Assembly: GCA_044867805.1 (NCBI GenBank)
Contig: JBIOVQ010000281.1
Coordinates: forward strand, 1 to 56,425
DNA: 56,425 nt
Direction: 5' to 3'
From: Burkholderiales bacterium
Lineage (GTDB): Bacteria > Pseudomonadota > Gammaproteobacteria > Burkholderiales > SG8-41
The notes under the pieces were generated by a model. The model saw only the letters and a program-made list of their open reading frames with translations, searched no databases and was not told the DNA's origin. This document shows positions 9,298-18,539 of the stretch, one piece after another (positions within the stretch are counted from its first letter, which is position 1; each line of letters begins with the position of its first letter). The position numbers were made by a program, and so were the translations under genes.

Positions 9298-10761
9298 GTG
9301 AACCCGGTCCCAGACGGTCCCGCGCCCGCCCTGCCGGACTCCGCAGGCGTCCCGAAACTGACTTTCTCCGATCTCGGCTTGCTGCCCGAGCTCCTGCGCG
9401 CCGTTGCCGAGCAGGGCTACCTGGAACCGACGCCGATCCAGGCGAAGGCGATACCGCCTATCCTGCAACGCCGCGACGTGATGGGCGCGGCACAGACCGG
9501 CACCGGCAAGACCGCCGGGTTCGCCCTGCCTCTCCTGCAGCTGCTTGCGCCCCAGGCCAATACCAGCCCGTCTCCCGCGCGGCATCCGCTCCGGGTGCTC
9601 GTGCTCACGCCCACGCGCGAGCTGGCCGCCCAGGTGGAAGAGAGCTTCCGCGCCTATGGCAAGCACCTGCAGCTGAGGTCGGCCGTGGTTTACGGGGGCG
9701 TGGATATCGACCCGCAGATGAAGCAGCTGTACGCCGGAGTGGAAATCCTGGTCGCGACCCCCGGCCGCCTGCTCGACCACCTGCATCAGAAAAGCGTCAA
9801 CCTGTCTCGCGTCGAATTCCTCGTGCTCGACGAGGCCGACCGCATGCTGGACATGGGCTTCATCCCGGACATCAAGCGCATCCTCGCGGCGCTGCCCCGG
9901 CAGCGCCAGAACATGCTGTTTTCGGCCACCTTCCCGGACGAGGTCCGCAGGCTCGCCCGCGAGCTGCTGCACGCGCCGGTAACGGTCGAGGTCGCGCCGC
10001 GCAACGCGCCGGCCGAGCTGGTGGCGCACCTCGTCTATCCCGTAGCGCTTCCGCGCAAGCGCGCGGTGCTGGTGCAGCTCATCCGTTCGCGCAACATGCG
10101 GCAGGTCCTGGTATTCGTGCGGATGAAACGCGACGCCAACCGGCTGGCGCGGCAACTCAAGCAGGACGGTGTTGTCGCAAAAGAAATACACAGCGACCGC
10201 ACGCAGGTGGAGCGCATGCAGGCTCTCGAGGAGTTCAAGCAGGGCAAGGTGCCGGTGCTGGTGGCAACCGACATCGCGGCGCGCGGCCTCGATATCGAGG
10301 AGCTGCCGTTCGTGATCAACTACGAATTGCCCCATACGCCGGAAGACTACGTGCACCGTATCGGGCGGACTGGACGCGCGGGGCTGCCCGGCGAGGCCAT
10401 TTCCCTGGTGAGCCCGGAGGAAATGAAGTTCCTGGAGGACATCGAGCGACTGCTGAAGCGCAAGCTGCCGCGTTCGGCCGCCCCGGAGCCCGCGGCTGAT
10501 CGTGGCCCGCCACGGCACGCGCGGGAGCCGCGCCAGGAGCGCCATCGTCCGCCAAGGCCGGCTGGGCATTCACGGCCGTCTCAACCGCCCGTAGCGCGGC
10601 CTGCTCCAGCCGGATTCGATTTCAGCAAGCCGTATGAGCCGCCATCGTCGAATCCGCCGCCGCGACCGCCCGTCGTGCGCACCACTCACGGAAAGCCCCA
10701 ACGCCCCACTGCCGCCCTGCTCGGCGGCAGTCCCGCCAAGCGCGAGCCCCACAAATCTTGA
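9298..10761 (+). CDS. rhlE: DEAD-box ATP-dependent RNA helicase, RhlE-like, with a basic Pro/Arg-rich tail
   Basis: Q motif [16 protein letters not shown] (VLDEADRM), [20 protein letters not shown] lies at 9237-9242 upstream. Confidence 0.9.
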   Translation: MNPVPDGPAPALPDSAGVPKLTFSDLGLLPELLRAVAEQGYLEPTPIQAKAIPPILQRRDVMGAAQTGTGKTAGFALPLLQLLAPQANTSPSPARHPLRVLVLTPTRELAAQVEESFRAYGKHLQLRSAVVYGGVDIDPQMKQLYAGVEILVATPGRLLDHLHQKSVNLSRVEFLVLDEADRMLDMGFIPDIKRILAALPRQRQNMLFSATFPDEVRRLARELLHAPVTVEVAPRNAPAELVAHLVYPVALPRKRAVLVQLIRSRNMRQVLVFVRMKRDANRLARQLKQDGVVAKEIHSDRTQVERMQALEEFKQGKVPVLVATDIAARGLDIEELPFVINYELPHTPEDYVHRIGRTGRAGLPGEAISLVSPEEMKFLEDIERLLKRKLPRSAAPEPAADRGPPRHAREPRQERHRPPRPAGHSRPSQPPVARPAPAGFDFSKPYEPPSSNPPPRPPVVRTTHGKPQRPTAALLGGSPAKREPHKS

Positions 10762-10830
10762 GTTGGCAGTTGGCAGCCGTCAGTTGGCAGCAACTGCAAA
10801 CTGCCCACTGCAAACTGCAAACTGCAAACT
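10762..10830. repeat. Stutter hairpin: (GTTGGCA)n arm, then (CAAACTG/TGCAAAC)n arm
   Basis: 7-nt periodic arms. The turn is CAGTTG-GCAG-CAACTG at 10781-10796. I hand-paired about 19 of 25 stem positions. It fills the gap between the rhlE stop and the rhodanese start. Confidence 0.85.
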
Positions 10831-10834
10831 TCTC

Positions 10835-12415
10835 ATGAAAGCAGTCAGACCACAGCAACTCAAGGCCATGCTGCAGGATGGTCACGAGCTCGCGCTGCTC
10901 GATGTCCGCGAAGCGGGCCAGTTCGGAAAATCGCACCTGCTGTTCGCCGTTCCCCTGCCCTACAGCCGCCTCGAGCTCGACATCGGGCGTCTCGTGCCGC
11001 GGCCCGGGACACGCATGGTGCTCTGCGACGACGGCGACATCGGTATCGCCGCCCGCGCCGCACACCGCCTCCAGGCAATCGGCTACACCGATGTCGCCCT
11101 CCTCGCCGGCGGCACTCGCGGCTGGGCCGATGCGGGCTACACGCTTTACTCCGGGGTCAATGTTCCCAGCAAGGTCTTCGGCGAGCTCGTCGAACACGCC
11201 TATCACACGCCGCGTGTCACCGCGCACGAGCTCCAGCGGATGAAGGAATCCGGCGAGGACTTCCTGCTTCTCGATGGCCGGCCTGTGAGCGAGCATCACA
11301 AGATGACCATACCCGGGAGCATCTGCTGCCCGAACGCCGAGCTCCCCTACCGCGTTTCGGCCATGGTGAAGAACCCGCGCACCAAGATCGTGGTCAACTG
11401 CGCCGGACGCACGCGTTCCATCGTCGGGGCGCAAACGCTGATCAACTACGGCATCCCGAACCCGGTGCTTGCGCTGGAGAACGGCACGCAGGGCTGGTAC
11501 CTGGCTGACTTCAAGCTCGAGCACGGCAGCACCCGGCGCTACCCGGACAGGACGGAGGCTGCCTCGCTGCCCGCCGTGCAGGCCTCCGCTGCGAAACTCA
11601 TGCAGCGCTTCGCGATCACGACGGTCACTGCGGCGCAGGCAAAGGAATGGCTGCAGGATGCGGGTCGCACGACCTACCTGTGTGACGTGCGCACGCCGGA
11701 GGAGTTCGAAGCGGGATCGATACCGGGCGCCCTGCATGCGCCCGGTGGCCAGCTGATACAGGCGACCGACCAGTGGATCGGCGTGCGCAATGCGCGCATC
11801 GTGCTCATCGACGGGGGAGAGAACATCCGCGCCCCGATGGTCGCGAGCTGGCTCAAGCAGCTCGGCTGCGATGCCTGGGTGCTGAAGGGCGGCGTCCAGG
11901 CCGAACTCCGGAGCGCGCCCGCCGCCAATCTCGACCTGCCCGCGCTCGCGACGATTTCAGCTCCTGAGCTGAAGTCCGCTCTTGCCCGGGGGAACTGCAT
12001 GGTGCTGGATCTTCGCCCCAGTCGGGAGTTCCGCAAGGTTCACATTCCGGGGAGTCGCTGGAGCATACGCTCCCGCGTGCGCAGCGCAGCGGGCGACGCA
12101 GGAAAGATGGTCGTCCTGGTGGCCGATGACTCCGGCCTGGCGCGCGTCGCGGCGATCGACCTCCTCGAAGCGGGAATCGCTCTTCTGAAGATGCTCGACG
12201 GCGGAATCGCAGCCTGGACGGATGCGGCATACCCGGTTGACTCCGCGCCCGACGACCCGCCCGACGCGGAATGCATCGACTATCTGTTCTTCGTCCACGA
12301 CCGGCATGCCGGCAACCGCGAGGCTATGAAGCAATACCTCGCCTGGGAGACGGGGCTCGTCACCCAGCTCGACGAGCAGGAGCGCGCCGCCTTCAAGGTC
12401 GCAGCGCCTCAGTAG
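10835..12415 (+). CDS. Multi-domain rhodanese-like sulfurtransferase (four rhodanese-like repeats)
   Basis: Repeated rhodanese folds. Only the second has a canonical active loop (VNCAGRTRS); the others have D in place of Cys or lack the Arg. The ATG at 10835 (MKAVRPQQL) is preferred to the ORF-track start at 10634. Confidence 0.85.
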   Translation: MKAVRPQQLKAMLQDGHELALLDVREAGQFGKSHLLFAVPLPYSRLELDIGRLVPRPGTRMVLCDDGDIGIAARAAHRLQAIGYTDVALLAGGTRGWADAGYTLYSGVNVPSKVFGELVEHAYHTPRVTAHELQRMKESGEDFLLLDGRPVSEHHKMTIPGSICCPNAELPYRVSAMVKNPRTKIVVNCAGRTRSIVGAQTLINYGIPNPVLALENGTQGWYLADFKLEHGSTRRYPDRTEAASLPAVQASAAKLMQRFAITTVTAAQAKEWLQDAGRTTYLCDVRTPEEFEAGSIPGALHAPGGQLIQATDQWIGVRNARIVLIDGGENIRAPMVASWLKQLGCDAWVLKGGVQAELRSAPAANLDLPALATISAPELKSALARGNCMVLDLRPSREFRKVHIPGSRWSIRSRVRSAAGDAGKMVVLVADDSGLARVAAIDLLEAGIALLKMLDGGIAAWTDAAYPVDSAPDDPPDAECIDYLFFVHDRHAGNREAMKQYLAWETGLVTQLDEQERAAFKVAAPQ

Positions 12416-12421
12416 CGCGCT

Positions 12422-12519
12422 GCGACGGTGACGGGTGATAGGTGATAAGTGATGGGAGCTTTATTCAACGCCGCAAGGCCGGAGCCTTATCACTTATCAC
12501 TCGTCACTTATCACGCAGC
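12422..12519. repeat. Stutter hairpin: (GGTGATA/GTGACGG)x4 arm, then (TTATCAC)x4 arm
   Basis: 7-nt periodic inverted arms with a ~28-nt spacer, between convergent stops at 12415 and 12519. Confidence 0.85.
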
Positions 12520-13496
12520 TAATTGACCTGCAGTTTTAAGTCGCGCACGACCTTGCCCCACTTGGCGTACTCGACCCGGAGGAATGCGTCGAAGGCCTTT
12601 GGATCGGTGGCCACGATGTCGGTTCCGGCCCGCTGGAACGCAGTCCGCACTTCCGGCGTCTGGAGCACCTTCGTCACCGCCTGGTGGATGCGCTTGATGA
12701 CCCCCGAGGGGGTTCCGCGCGGCGCGAGTAAACCCGTCCACAGTGACGCGTCGTAGCCCGGCACGGTTTCGGCTATCGACGGGATGTCCGGCAGCTCCGG
12801 CGAGCGCTTGGCGGTCGTGACCGCGATGATCCGCAGCTGGCCCGCACGGTGATGCTGGATGATGCTCGAGAGCCCGAGGCAGCCGATCTTGACCTGGCCG
12901 CCCAGCAGGTCGGCGCGCACGGGACCGCTCCCCTTGTACGGGATGTGCACCATGTCGATGCCGGCCATGCTGGTGAACAGCGCCTGGAACAGATGCATCG
13001 CGCCTCCCTGGCCCGAGGACGCGTAGTTGTGCATGCCCGGCTCCTTCTTCGCCAGCGCGATCAGGTCCTTCACCGACCTGACGTCGAGCGAAGGATGCAC
13101 CGCCAGGCCGTAGGGCTGGCTCGCGATCTCCATGATTGGCGCGAAGGCATTCAGGGGGTGGAACGGCACCTTCTTGTACAGATTTGGAAAGATGGAGTGA
13201 GGGGAACCGGTGCCAAGCAGCGTGTAGCCATCGGGATTCGCCTGCGCCACCAGGTCCGTTCCGATCAAGCCCCCGGCGCCGGTACGATTATCGATCACCA
13301 CCTGCTGGCCCAGGACTTCCGGCAGCCTTGTCGCGACGATGCGCACCAGCACGTCGGTCGAGCCGCCCGCCCCGAATGGAATGATCATCCGTACCGGCTT
13401 GGTGGGATAGGTTTCTGCCGCCCACCCGCAAGAGATTGCCGCCGAGAACAGCGCACCGGCACACGCAAGAGCCGCGTAATTCGCCTTCTTCATCAT
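12519..13496 (-). CDS. Bug-family (TctC-like) tripartite tricarboxylate transporter substrate-binding protein
   Basis: Signal peptide, YPTKPVRMIIPFGAGGSTD, and the C-terminal EYAKWGKVV motif. Confidence 0.9.
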   Translation of the reverse strand: MMKKANYAALACAGALFSAAISCGWAAETYPTKPVRMIIPFGAGGSTDVLVRIVATRLPEVLGQQVVIDNRTGAGGLIGTDLVAQANPDGYTLLGTGSPHSIFPNLYKKVPFHPLNAFAPIMEIASQPYGLAVHPSLDVRSVKDLIALAKKEPGMHNYASSGQGGAMHLFQALFTSMAGIDMVHIPYKGSGPVRADLLGGQVKIGCLGLSSIIQHHRAGQLRIIAVTTAKRSPELPDIPSIAETVPGYDASLWTGLLAPRGTPSGVIKRIHQAVTKVLQTPEVRTAFQRAGTDIVATDPKAFDAFLRVEYAKWGKVVRDLKLQVN

Positions 13497-13751
13497 TTCC
13501 TCCTCGCTGTGAATGCTCCCCGTTCGGTTGTTAGATTCGTGTCGTCGAAACCACCGGAATCATACCATCGCTCCCGTGAGCCGCAGAGAGCAGGCTCGCT
13601 ACGCGCAGAGCGGTGACATTACGGCGCGCTACCATCGAGACGTCTTGCCGGTTTCGATTTCGCTCGCGTACTGCATGATCCCTCCCCATATCGTCGCGAC
13701 CTTGCTCGCGATCGCTGCGGCAGCCGCCGCAACCGCCGTTGAGGCACGCGG

Positions 13752-13923
13752 TTGAACGAGGCCGTCTCCGACGCCATCACCATGGGCGACGTGCGTAGCC
13801 GGATCGCCGCTCTCGGCGCGCAGCCGGCCGGGGGGCCGGCCCCAGCAACTGGCTACCCTGATCCGCGGCGAAATACCCAAGTGGACGAAAGTCGTCACGG
13901 AGGCGGGCATCCGGCTCGAATGA
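13752..13923 (+). pseudogene. C-terminal relic of a second Bug/TctC-family gene, frameshifted in a G6 run
   Basis: Frame A reads LNEAVSDAITMGDVRSRIAALGAQPAGG. After the GGGGGG run at 13830-13835, the +1 frame reads RPQQLATLIRGEIPKWTKVVTEAGIRLE*. Together these match the C-terminus of the intact neighbour (..VRTAFQRAGTDIVATDPKAFDAFLRVEYAKWGKVVRD..). No N-terminal part is present. Confidence 0.6.
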
Positions 13924-13976
13924 TTGCGGCTGTCGGCCGTCACGCAGACCGGCGCATGGGTTAAGCTGATGGCCTG

Positions 13977-14639
13977 ATGCTGGTCGTGCGCAATCTCTCG
14001 AAGTCCTTCGGCGGCACGCGGCCGCGCGAATTGCTCCGCCGGATCTCGCTCGATGTCGCGACGGGCGAGTATGTCGCCATCGTGGGCGAGTCCGGCGTCG
14101 GCAAGACCACCCTGCTCAATCTGATCGCCGGGCTCGATCAGCCGGATAGCGGCACCGTAGCGCTGGATGGGAAGGAAATGTCGGCGCTGGATGACGCCGG
14201 GCGCACCCGCCTGCGGCGCAGCAGCATCGGCTTCGTGTTCCAGGCCTTCCATCTTCTGCCGCACCTGACCGTGGCGCAGAACGTCGCCCTGCCCCTGTCG
14301 CTGAATGGCGCCGACACCGCGCAAGCCGGCGAGCGTCTGCAGGAAGTTCTGGCGGCGGTCGGCCTGGATGCCGCTGCCGACGTCTATCCGCGCGAGCTTT
14401 CCGGGGGCGAAATGCAGCGGGTAGCCATCGCCCGCGCGCTGGTGCACCGCCCCTTGCTGCTGCTCGCCGACGAGCCCACCGGCAACCTGGACGCAGACGC
14501 GGCGAAACAGGTACTTACCCTGCTCCGCGATCAGGTCAAACTGGAGTCGGCGTCCGGCATCCTGGTCACGCACTCCGCGGTCGCGGCAGCGACCGCGGAC
14601 CGCGTGCTGACGCTCACCGCGGAAGGATTGAAATCCTAG
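13977..14639 (+). CDS. ABC transporter ATP-binding protein (LolD/YbbA/AttE-like)
   Basis: Walker [10 protein letters not shown], signature LSGGEMQR, Walker [13 protein letters not shown]. Confidence 0.9.
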   Translation: MLVVRNLSKSFGGTRPRELLRRISLDVATGEYVAIVGESGVGKTTLLNLIAGLDQPDSGTVALDGKEMSALDDAGRTRLRRSSIGFVFQAFHLLPHLTVAQNVALPLSLNGADTAQAGERLQEVLAAVGLDAAADVYPRELSGGEMQRVAIARALVHRPLLLLADEPTGNLDADAAKQVLTLLRDQVKLESASGILVTHSAVAAATADRVLTLTAEGLKS

Positions 14640-14824
14640 ACGCAAAGTCGCAAAGCCGCAAAGGAATACGAATAATGCAATGAAGATCCGGGCGCGAAGG
14701 AAGGGAAGATAGGCAGGATTGACAGGGACTGCCGGATCGTAAGGAATGTGGCTATCCGTGCCTGGCAAACTTGGCGGTTCTAAAATTATCTCTGTCTTTC
14801 TTCGTGCCTTTGCGTCTTTGCGTC
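14639..14824. repeat. Composite CGCAAAG-class element: GACGCAAAG-TCGCAAAG-CCGCAAAG arm, ~130-nt less GC-rich interior, CTTTGCG-TCTTTGCGTC arm
   Basis: Arms at 14639-14664 and 14796-14824. The interior carries ATAGGCAGGATTGACAGG (14709-14726), shared 16/18 with 32837-32854. Confidence 0.85.
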
Positions 14825-14845
14825 CAGATTCTTGACGAGGACTGA

Positions 14846-16273
14846 ATGGCGGCGATTGCGCGCCCATGGGCTGAAGGACGATTTCTGCTCGCCTACGCAC
14901 TGGTGCTGGGCCCGTTGCGCGAGAGCCCCGGCCGCAGCGTCCTGGGTGTTATCGCCATTGCCCTCGGGGTTGCGCTGGGTGTGGCGGTGCATCTCGTCAA
15001 CTCGAGCGCCATGAACGAATTCGAGCTCGCCGCGCGGCATCTCGCCGGCGAAGCCGACGTCGTGGTGCGCGGCCCGCGCGCGGGATTCGACCAGGCGCTC
15101 TATCCCAAGCTCGCCCGGCTCCCGCAGGTCGAGGCCGCCAATCCCGCGGTGGACCTCGAGGTGCCGCTGGCCGGACGCCAGGACAGCCTGCGTATTCTCG
15201 GCTTCGACCCCTTGCGGGCCGCGCAGGTGCAGCCTTCCCTGCTACCCGAGCGCCCCGGCATGGTGCTCGACCTGTTCGATGCCGATGCCATACTGCTCAG
15301 TCCATCTGCGGCAGAATGGCTGCGGCTCGGGACCGGTGACCGGCTCACCATACAAGTGGGCACGCGCACCCTCGAGCTGCGCGTCGCGGGCCTGCTTCCG
15401 CAAGGCGCGTACCGCCAGCGCCTGGGCGTGATGGACGTCGCCTCCGCGCAGTGGCGGCTCGATCGCATCGGGCGGCTCAATCGCGTGGACCTGCGCCTGA
15501 AGCCCGGCACCGACGTGCAGGCCTTCCGCCGCGAGCTGCAGGCGATGCTTCCCGCAGGCGTGCAGGCGGTGCTTCCGGAAACCGAGGGCACCCGCGGCGC
15601 CAATCTGACGCGCGCCTACCGGCTGAACCTCGACATGCTTGCGCTGGTCGCGCTCTTTACCGGGGCCTTTCTCGTGTTTTCATCGCAGGTGCTGGCGCTG
15701 CTGCGCCGGCGCACCCAGTTTGCCCTGTTGCGGACGATCGGGGTCACGCGCGGAGCGCTCGCGGGCCAGCTGCTTGCTGAAGGCGCGCTCATCGGGGTGC
15801 TCGGCGCCGCGCTGGGCGTGCTCCTGGGCTATGCGCTGGCCCGCTACGCGCTCGCACTGGTCGGAGCCGATCTGGGAGCGGGCTACTTCCGCAGCATCGC
15901 GGCCAGCCTCGAAGCCGAGCCCCAAACCCTCGCCTGGTTCGCCGGCCTCGGCGTGTTGTTCGCGCTGCTGGGCGCCGCCGCCCCCGCGTGGGAGGCGGCG
16001 CGCCGCCCCCCGGCCCGCGCGCTGCGCTCGGGCGACGAAGAGGAAGGGCTCAAGACCGTGCCGACGTTCTGGTGGGGCGTCGCATCGGTCGTGGCCGGGC
16101 TGCTGCTCGCTCGCGCTCCTGCCATCGACGGGTTGCCGATCGCGGGCTATGTCGCGATCGGGATGGTCCTCCTGGGAGCGGTCCTCGTCATGCCCCGGCT
16201 CGCGAAGGCATGCCTGGATATCCTTCCGCTGCCGGCACGGGTCCCTGCGGCCATCGCGGTCGCCCAGCTCTAG
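14846..16273 (+). CDS. ABC exporter permease, YbbP/FtsX type, N-terminal half (first FtsX domain); ends at an in-frame TAG
   Basis: TM1, a large periplasmic domain, then an FtsX 3-TM bundle. Reading continues in the same frame after the TAG at 16271-16273. Confidence 0.8.
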   Translation: MAAIARPWAEGRFLLAYALVLGPLRESPGRSVLGVIAIALGVALGVAVHLVNSSAMNEFELAARHLAGEADVVVRGPRAGFDQALYPKLARLPQVEAANPAVDLEVPLAGRQDSLRILGFDPLRAAQVQPSLLPERPGMVLDLFDADAILLSPSAAEWLRLGTGDRLTIQVGTRTLELRVAGLLPQGAYRQRLGVMDVASAQWRLDRIGRLNRVDLRLKPGTDVQAFRRELQAMLPAGVQAVLPETEGTRGANLTRAYRLNLDMLALVALFTGAFLVFSSQVLALLRRRTQFALLRTIGVTRGALAGQLLAEGALIGVLGAALGVLLGYALARYALALVGADLGAGYFRSIAASLEAEPQTLAWFAGLGVLFALLGAAAPAWEAARRPPARALRSGDEEEGLKTVPTFWWGVASVVAGLLLARAPAIDGLPIAGYVAIGMVLLGAVLVMPRLAKACLDILPLPARVPAAIAVAQL

Positions 16274-16330
16274 GCGGCGCCGCGCCAGGCCGCGATCAGC
16301 GTCGCCGCCATCGTCACCAGCTTCAGCCTC

Positions 16331-17386
16331 ATGGTCTCCATGCTGATCATGGTGAGCTCCTTTCGCGCCTCCCTCGAGGCGTGGCTCGATCGCATGCTGC
16401 CGGCCGACCTTTACCTGCGCGCCGCGCGCTTCGGCGAGACTGCGTTCTTTTCTCCGGAGGAACAGGCGCGCATCGCTGCGACCCCCGGCGTCGAGCGCGC
16501 GGCCTTCATTCGCAGCCAGAATCTCCTGCTGACCCCCGAGCGGCCGCCCGTCACGCTGCTTGCCGGGCCGGTCGAGGCCGCCGATCCCGAAAAAGTGCTG
16601 GCCCTCACGAGCCCGCCCCTTGCGTTGCGACCGGGCGATCCCCCGCCAGTGTGGGTGTCCGAGGTCGCCGCCGACCTCTACGGCATGCGCGTGGGCGATC
16701 GCGTGCGCCTGCCACTTGGCGGGGAACCGCTCGCCTATACGGTGGCCGGGATCTGGCGCGACTACGCCCGGCAGAACGGCGCCATCGCGATGAACCGGGA
16801 TCTCTATATCAAGGTGACGGGTGACCGGCTGGTCAACGATGTGGCGCTCTGGCTTACGCCAGGGGCCGTGGTAATGGACGTGCAGCGGTCGGTGCTCGAG
16901 CGCCTGCTCGACCCCCCCGCGGTGGAAATTGCCACTACCCGCGAAGTGCGCGATATCTCCCTGGCCGCGTTCGACCGCACCTTCGCGATCACCTATGCGC
17001 TGGAAATCGCGGCGGTCCTCATCGGACTGTTCGGCGTCAGTGTCTCGTTCAGCGCGCAGGCACTCGCGCGCCGGCGCGAGTTCGGCGTTCTCCGGCACAT
17101 CGGCATGTCGCGGCGGGAAATCGGCGCGATGCTGGGCTGCGAAGGCGGGTTGATCGCGGTGCTGGGTATCCTCGTGGGACTTTTGACGGGATGGGTGGTG
17201 GGCCTGATCCTGATCCACGTCGTCAATCGCCAATCCTTCCATTGGAGCATGGAGCTGCACCTGCCATGGCTGCCGCTGGCGCTCCTGGCAGCGCTCGTCA
17301 TCGCCGCCGCCGTCGTTACCGCGGTCTGGAGCGGCCGCGCAGCGATGAGCGGGGATGTCGTTCGCGCCGTGCGTGAGGATTGGTAA
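16331..17386 (+). CDS. ABC exporter permease, YbbP/FtsX type, C-terminal half (second FtsX domain); same frame as 14846-16273
   Basis: 16331-14846 is a multiple of 3. The 19 codons between the TAG and the first ATG (AAPRQAAISVAAIVTSFSL) read as the missing start of a TM helix. Confidence 0.75.
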   Translation: MVSMLIMVSSFRASLEAWLDRMLPADLYLRAARFGETAFFSPEEQARIAATPGVERAAFIRSQNLLLTPERPPVTLLAGPVEAADPEKVLALTSPPLALRPGDPPPVWVSEVAADLYGMRVGDRVRLPLGGEPLAYTVAGIWRDYARQNGAIAMNRDLYIKVTGDRLVNDVALWLTPGAVVMDVQRSVLERLLDPPAVEIATTREVRDISLAAFDRTFAITYALEIAAVLIGLFGVSVSFSAQALARRREFGVLRHIGMSRREIGAMLGCEGGLIAVLGILVGLLTGWVVGLILIHVVNRQSFHWSMELHLPWLPLALLAALVIAAAVVTAVWSGRAAMSGDVVRAVREDW

Positions 17387-17390
17387 CAAC

Positions 17391-17522
17391 GTGAATCGTG
17401 ATTGGTGATTCGTGATTCGCAGCCACAGCTCGAAAAGGCGTCGCTTACTGGCCTGGCTCGCGGCATTGTGGGCAGCGCCTGCCGCGCCGGCTCAAATCAC
17501 AAATCACAAATCACAAATCACG
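17391..17522. repeat. Stutter hairpin of GTGATTC class: GTGAATC-GTGATTG-GTGATTC-GTGATTC ... (AAATCAC)x4
   Basis: Arms at 17391-17419 and 17493-17522 with a 73-nt spacer. It overlaps the 5' end of the next CDS. Confidence 0.85.
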
Positions 17523-18521
17523 CCTTTCGCGAAGGTCGTCCCGGGCTACAGGATGCAGTTTCCCCGGGACGAAGGAAGCCATCCAACCTTCCGGATCGAG
17601 TGGTGGTACATCACCGGCTGGCTCAACGAGGCGACCGACCCGCTCGGTTTCCAGGTCACGTTCTTTCGCGCGCGGCCGGACTTGAAGCATGACAACCCGA
17701 GCGCCTTCGCGCCGCGGCAGATGCTGATCGCGCATGCCGCCCTCTCCGATCCGGCGCAGGGGCGGCTGATCCACGCCCAGCGGGCGGCGCGTGCCGGCTT
17801 CGATCTGGCGGACGCCGAGATGGGCCGCACGCGAGTCTGGATAGACAACTGGATGCTGCAGCAGACCGGCACGACCTACCAAACCCGGATCGATGCCCGG
17901 GATTTTTCGTTCGAGCTCGCGTTCGACGCGACGCAACCGCCGCTCAAGCAGGGGCAGGACGGCTTCAGCCGCAAGGGACCTGCACGCGAATCGGCGAGCT
18001 ACTACTACAGCCTGCCGCATCTCGAGGTGCGGGGCACCGTCGCCCGCGCGGGGAGATCCCTGCCCGTGACCGGCTCCGCCTGGCTCGACCATGAGTGGTC
18101 GTCGCAATACATGGAGCAGCAGGCGGTCGGCTGGGACTGGGTCGGAATCAACCTCGCCGGCGGCGGCGCCCTGATGGCGTTCCGGATGCGCGACCGGCAC
18201 GGCGGGGCCTTCTGGGCCGGCGGAGCGCTGCGCCGGGCGAACGGCACGATGAGGATATTCTCGCCCGGCGCTATCCGTTTCACCCCGCGCCGCGACTGGC
18301 GCAGCCCCCGCACCGGAACGACTTACCCGGTGTCGTGGCTGATCAAGGCCGGCGACCTGGAACTGGCCGTCGAGCCCCTGTTCGACGACCAGGAGCACGA
18401 CACCCGGGCCTCGAGCGGCACCATCTATTGGGAAGGGGCGGTGCGCGCGCTGAGCGCAGGCGCGCCCGCCGGGCTGGGCTACCTGGAGCTCACCGGCTAC
18501 TGGCGCAGGGTAAACTTATAG
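17412..18521 (+). CDS. AttH-like / carotenoid-1,2-hydratase-like lipocalin-domain protein, secreted
   Basis: Motifs FPRDEGSHP..RIEWWYITGWL, YYYSLPHL and AWLDHEWS. Twin-arginine-like signal SKRRRLLAWLAAL. It follows the ABC ATPase and permease as in att-type clusters. The GTG start lies inside the repeat arm. Confidence 0.8.
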   Translation: MIRSHSSKRRRLLAWLAALWAAPAAPAQITNHKSQITPFAKVVPGYRMQFPRDEGSHPTFRIEWWYITGWLNEATDPLGFQVTFFRARPDLKHDNPSAFAPRQMLIAHAALSDPAQGRLIHAQRAARAGFDLADAEMGRTRVWIDNWMLQQTGTTYQTRIDARDFSFELAFDATQPPLKQGQDGFSRKGPARESASYYYSLPHLEVRGTVARAGRSLPVTGSAWLDHEWSSQYMEQQAVGWDWVGINLAGGGALMAFRMRDRHGGAFWAGGALRRANGTMRIFSPGAIRFTPRRDWRSPRTGTTYPVSWLIKAGDLELAVEPLFDDQEHDTRASSGTIYWEGAVRALSAGAPAGLGYLELTGYWRRVNL

Positions 18522-18539
18522 GCATCGGCCACGAAAGAT

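Noticed and set aside
9142-10569. 475-aa ORF opposite rhlE
   Set aside because: It is antisense to a gene carrying all the DEAD-box motifs, and its composition is low-complexity.
13629-14900. 423-aa minus-strand ORF running through the ABC ATPase gene and the CGCAAAG element
   Set aside because: It is antisense to a canonical Walker A/B ATPase. Its N-terminal part merely translates the repeat element ([10 protein letters not shown]).
16271-16273. TAG as pyrrolysine or another recoded amino acid
   Set aside because: I saw no pyl genes or any other recoding context in the window. A nonsense mutation, a sequencing error or simple leaky read-through are far more likely.
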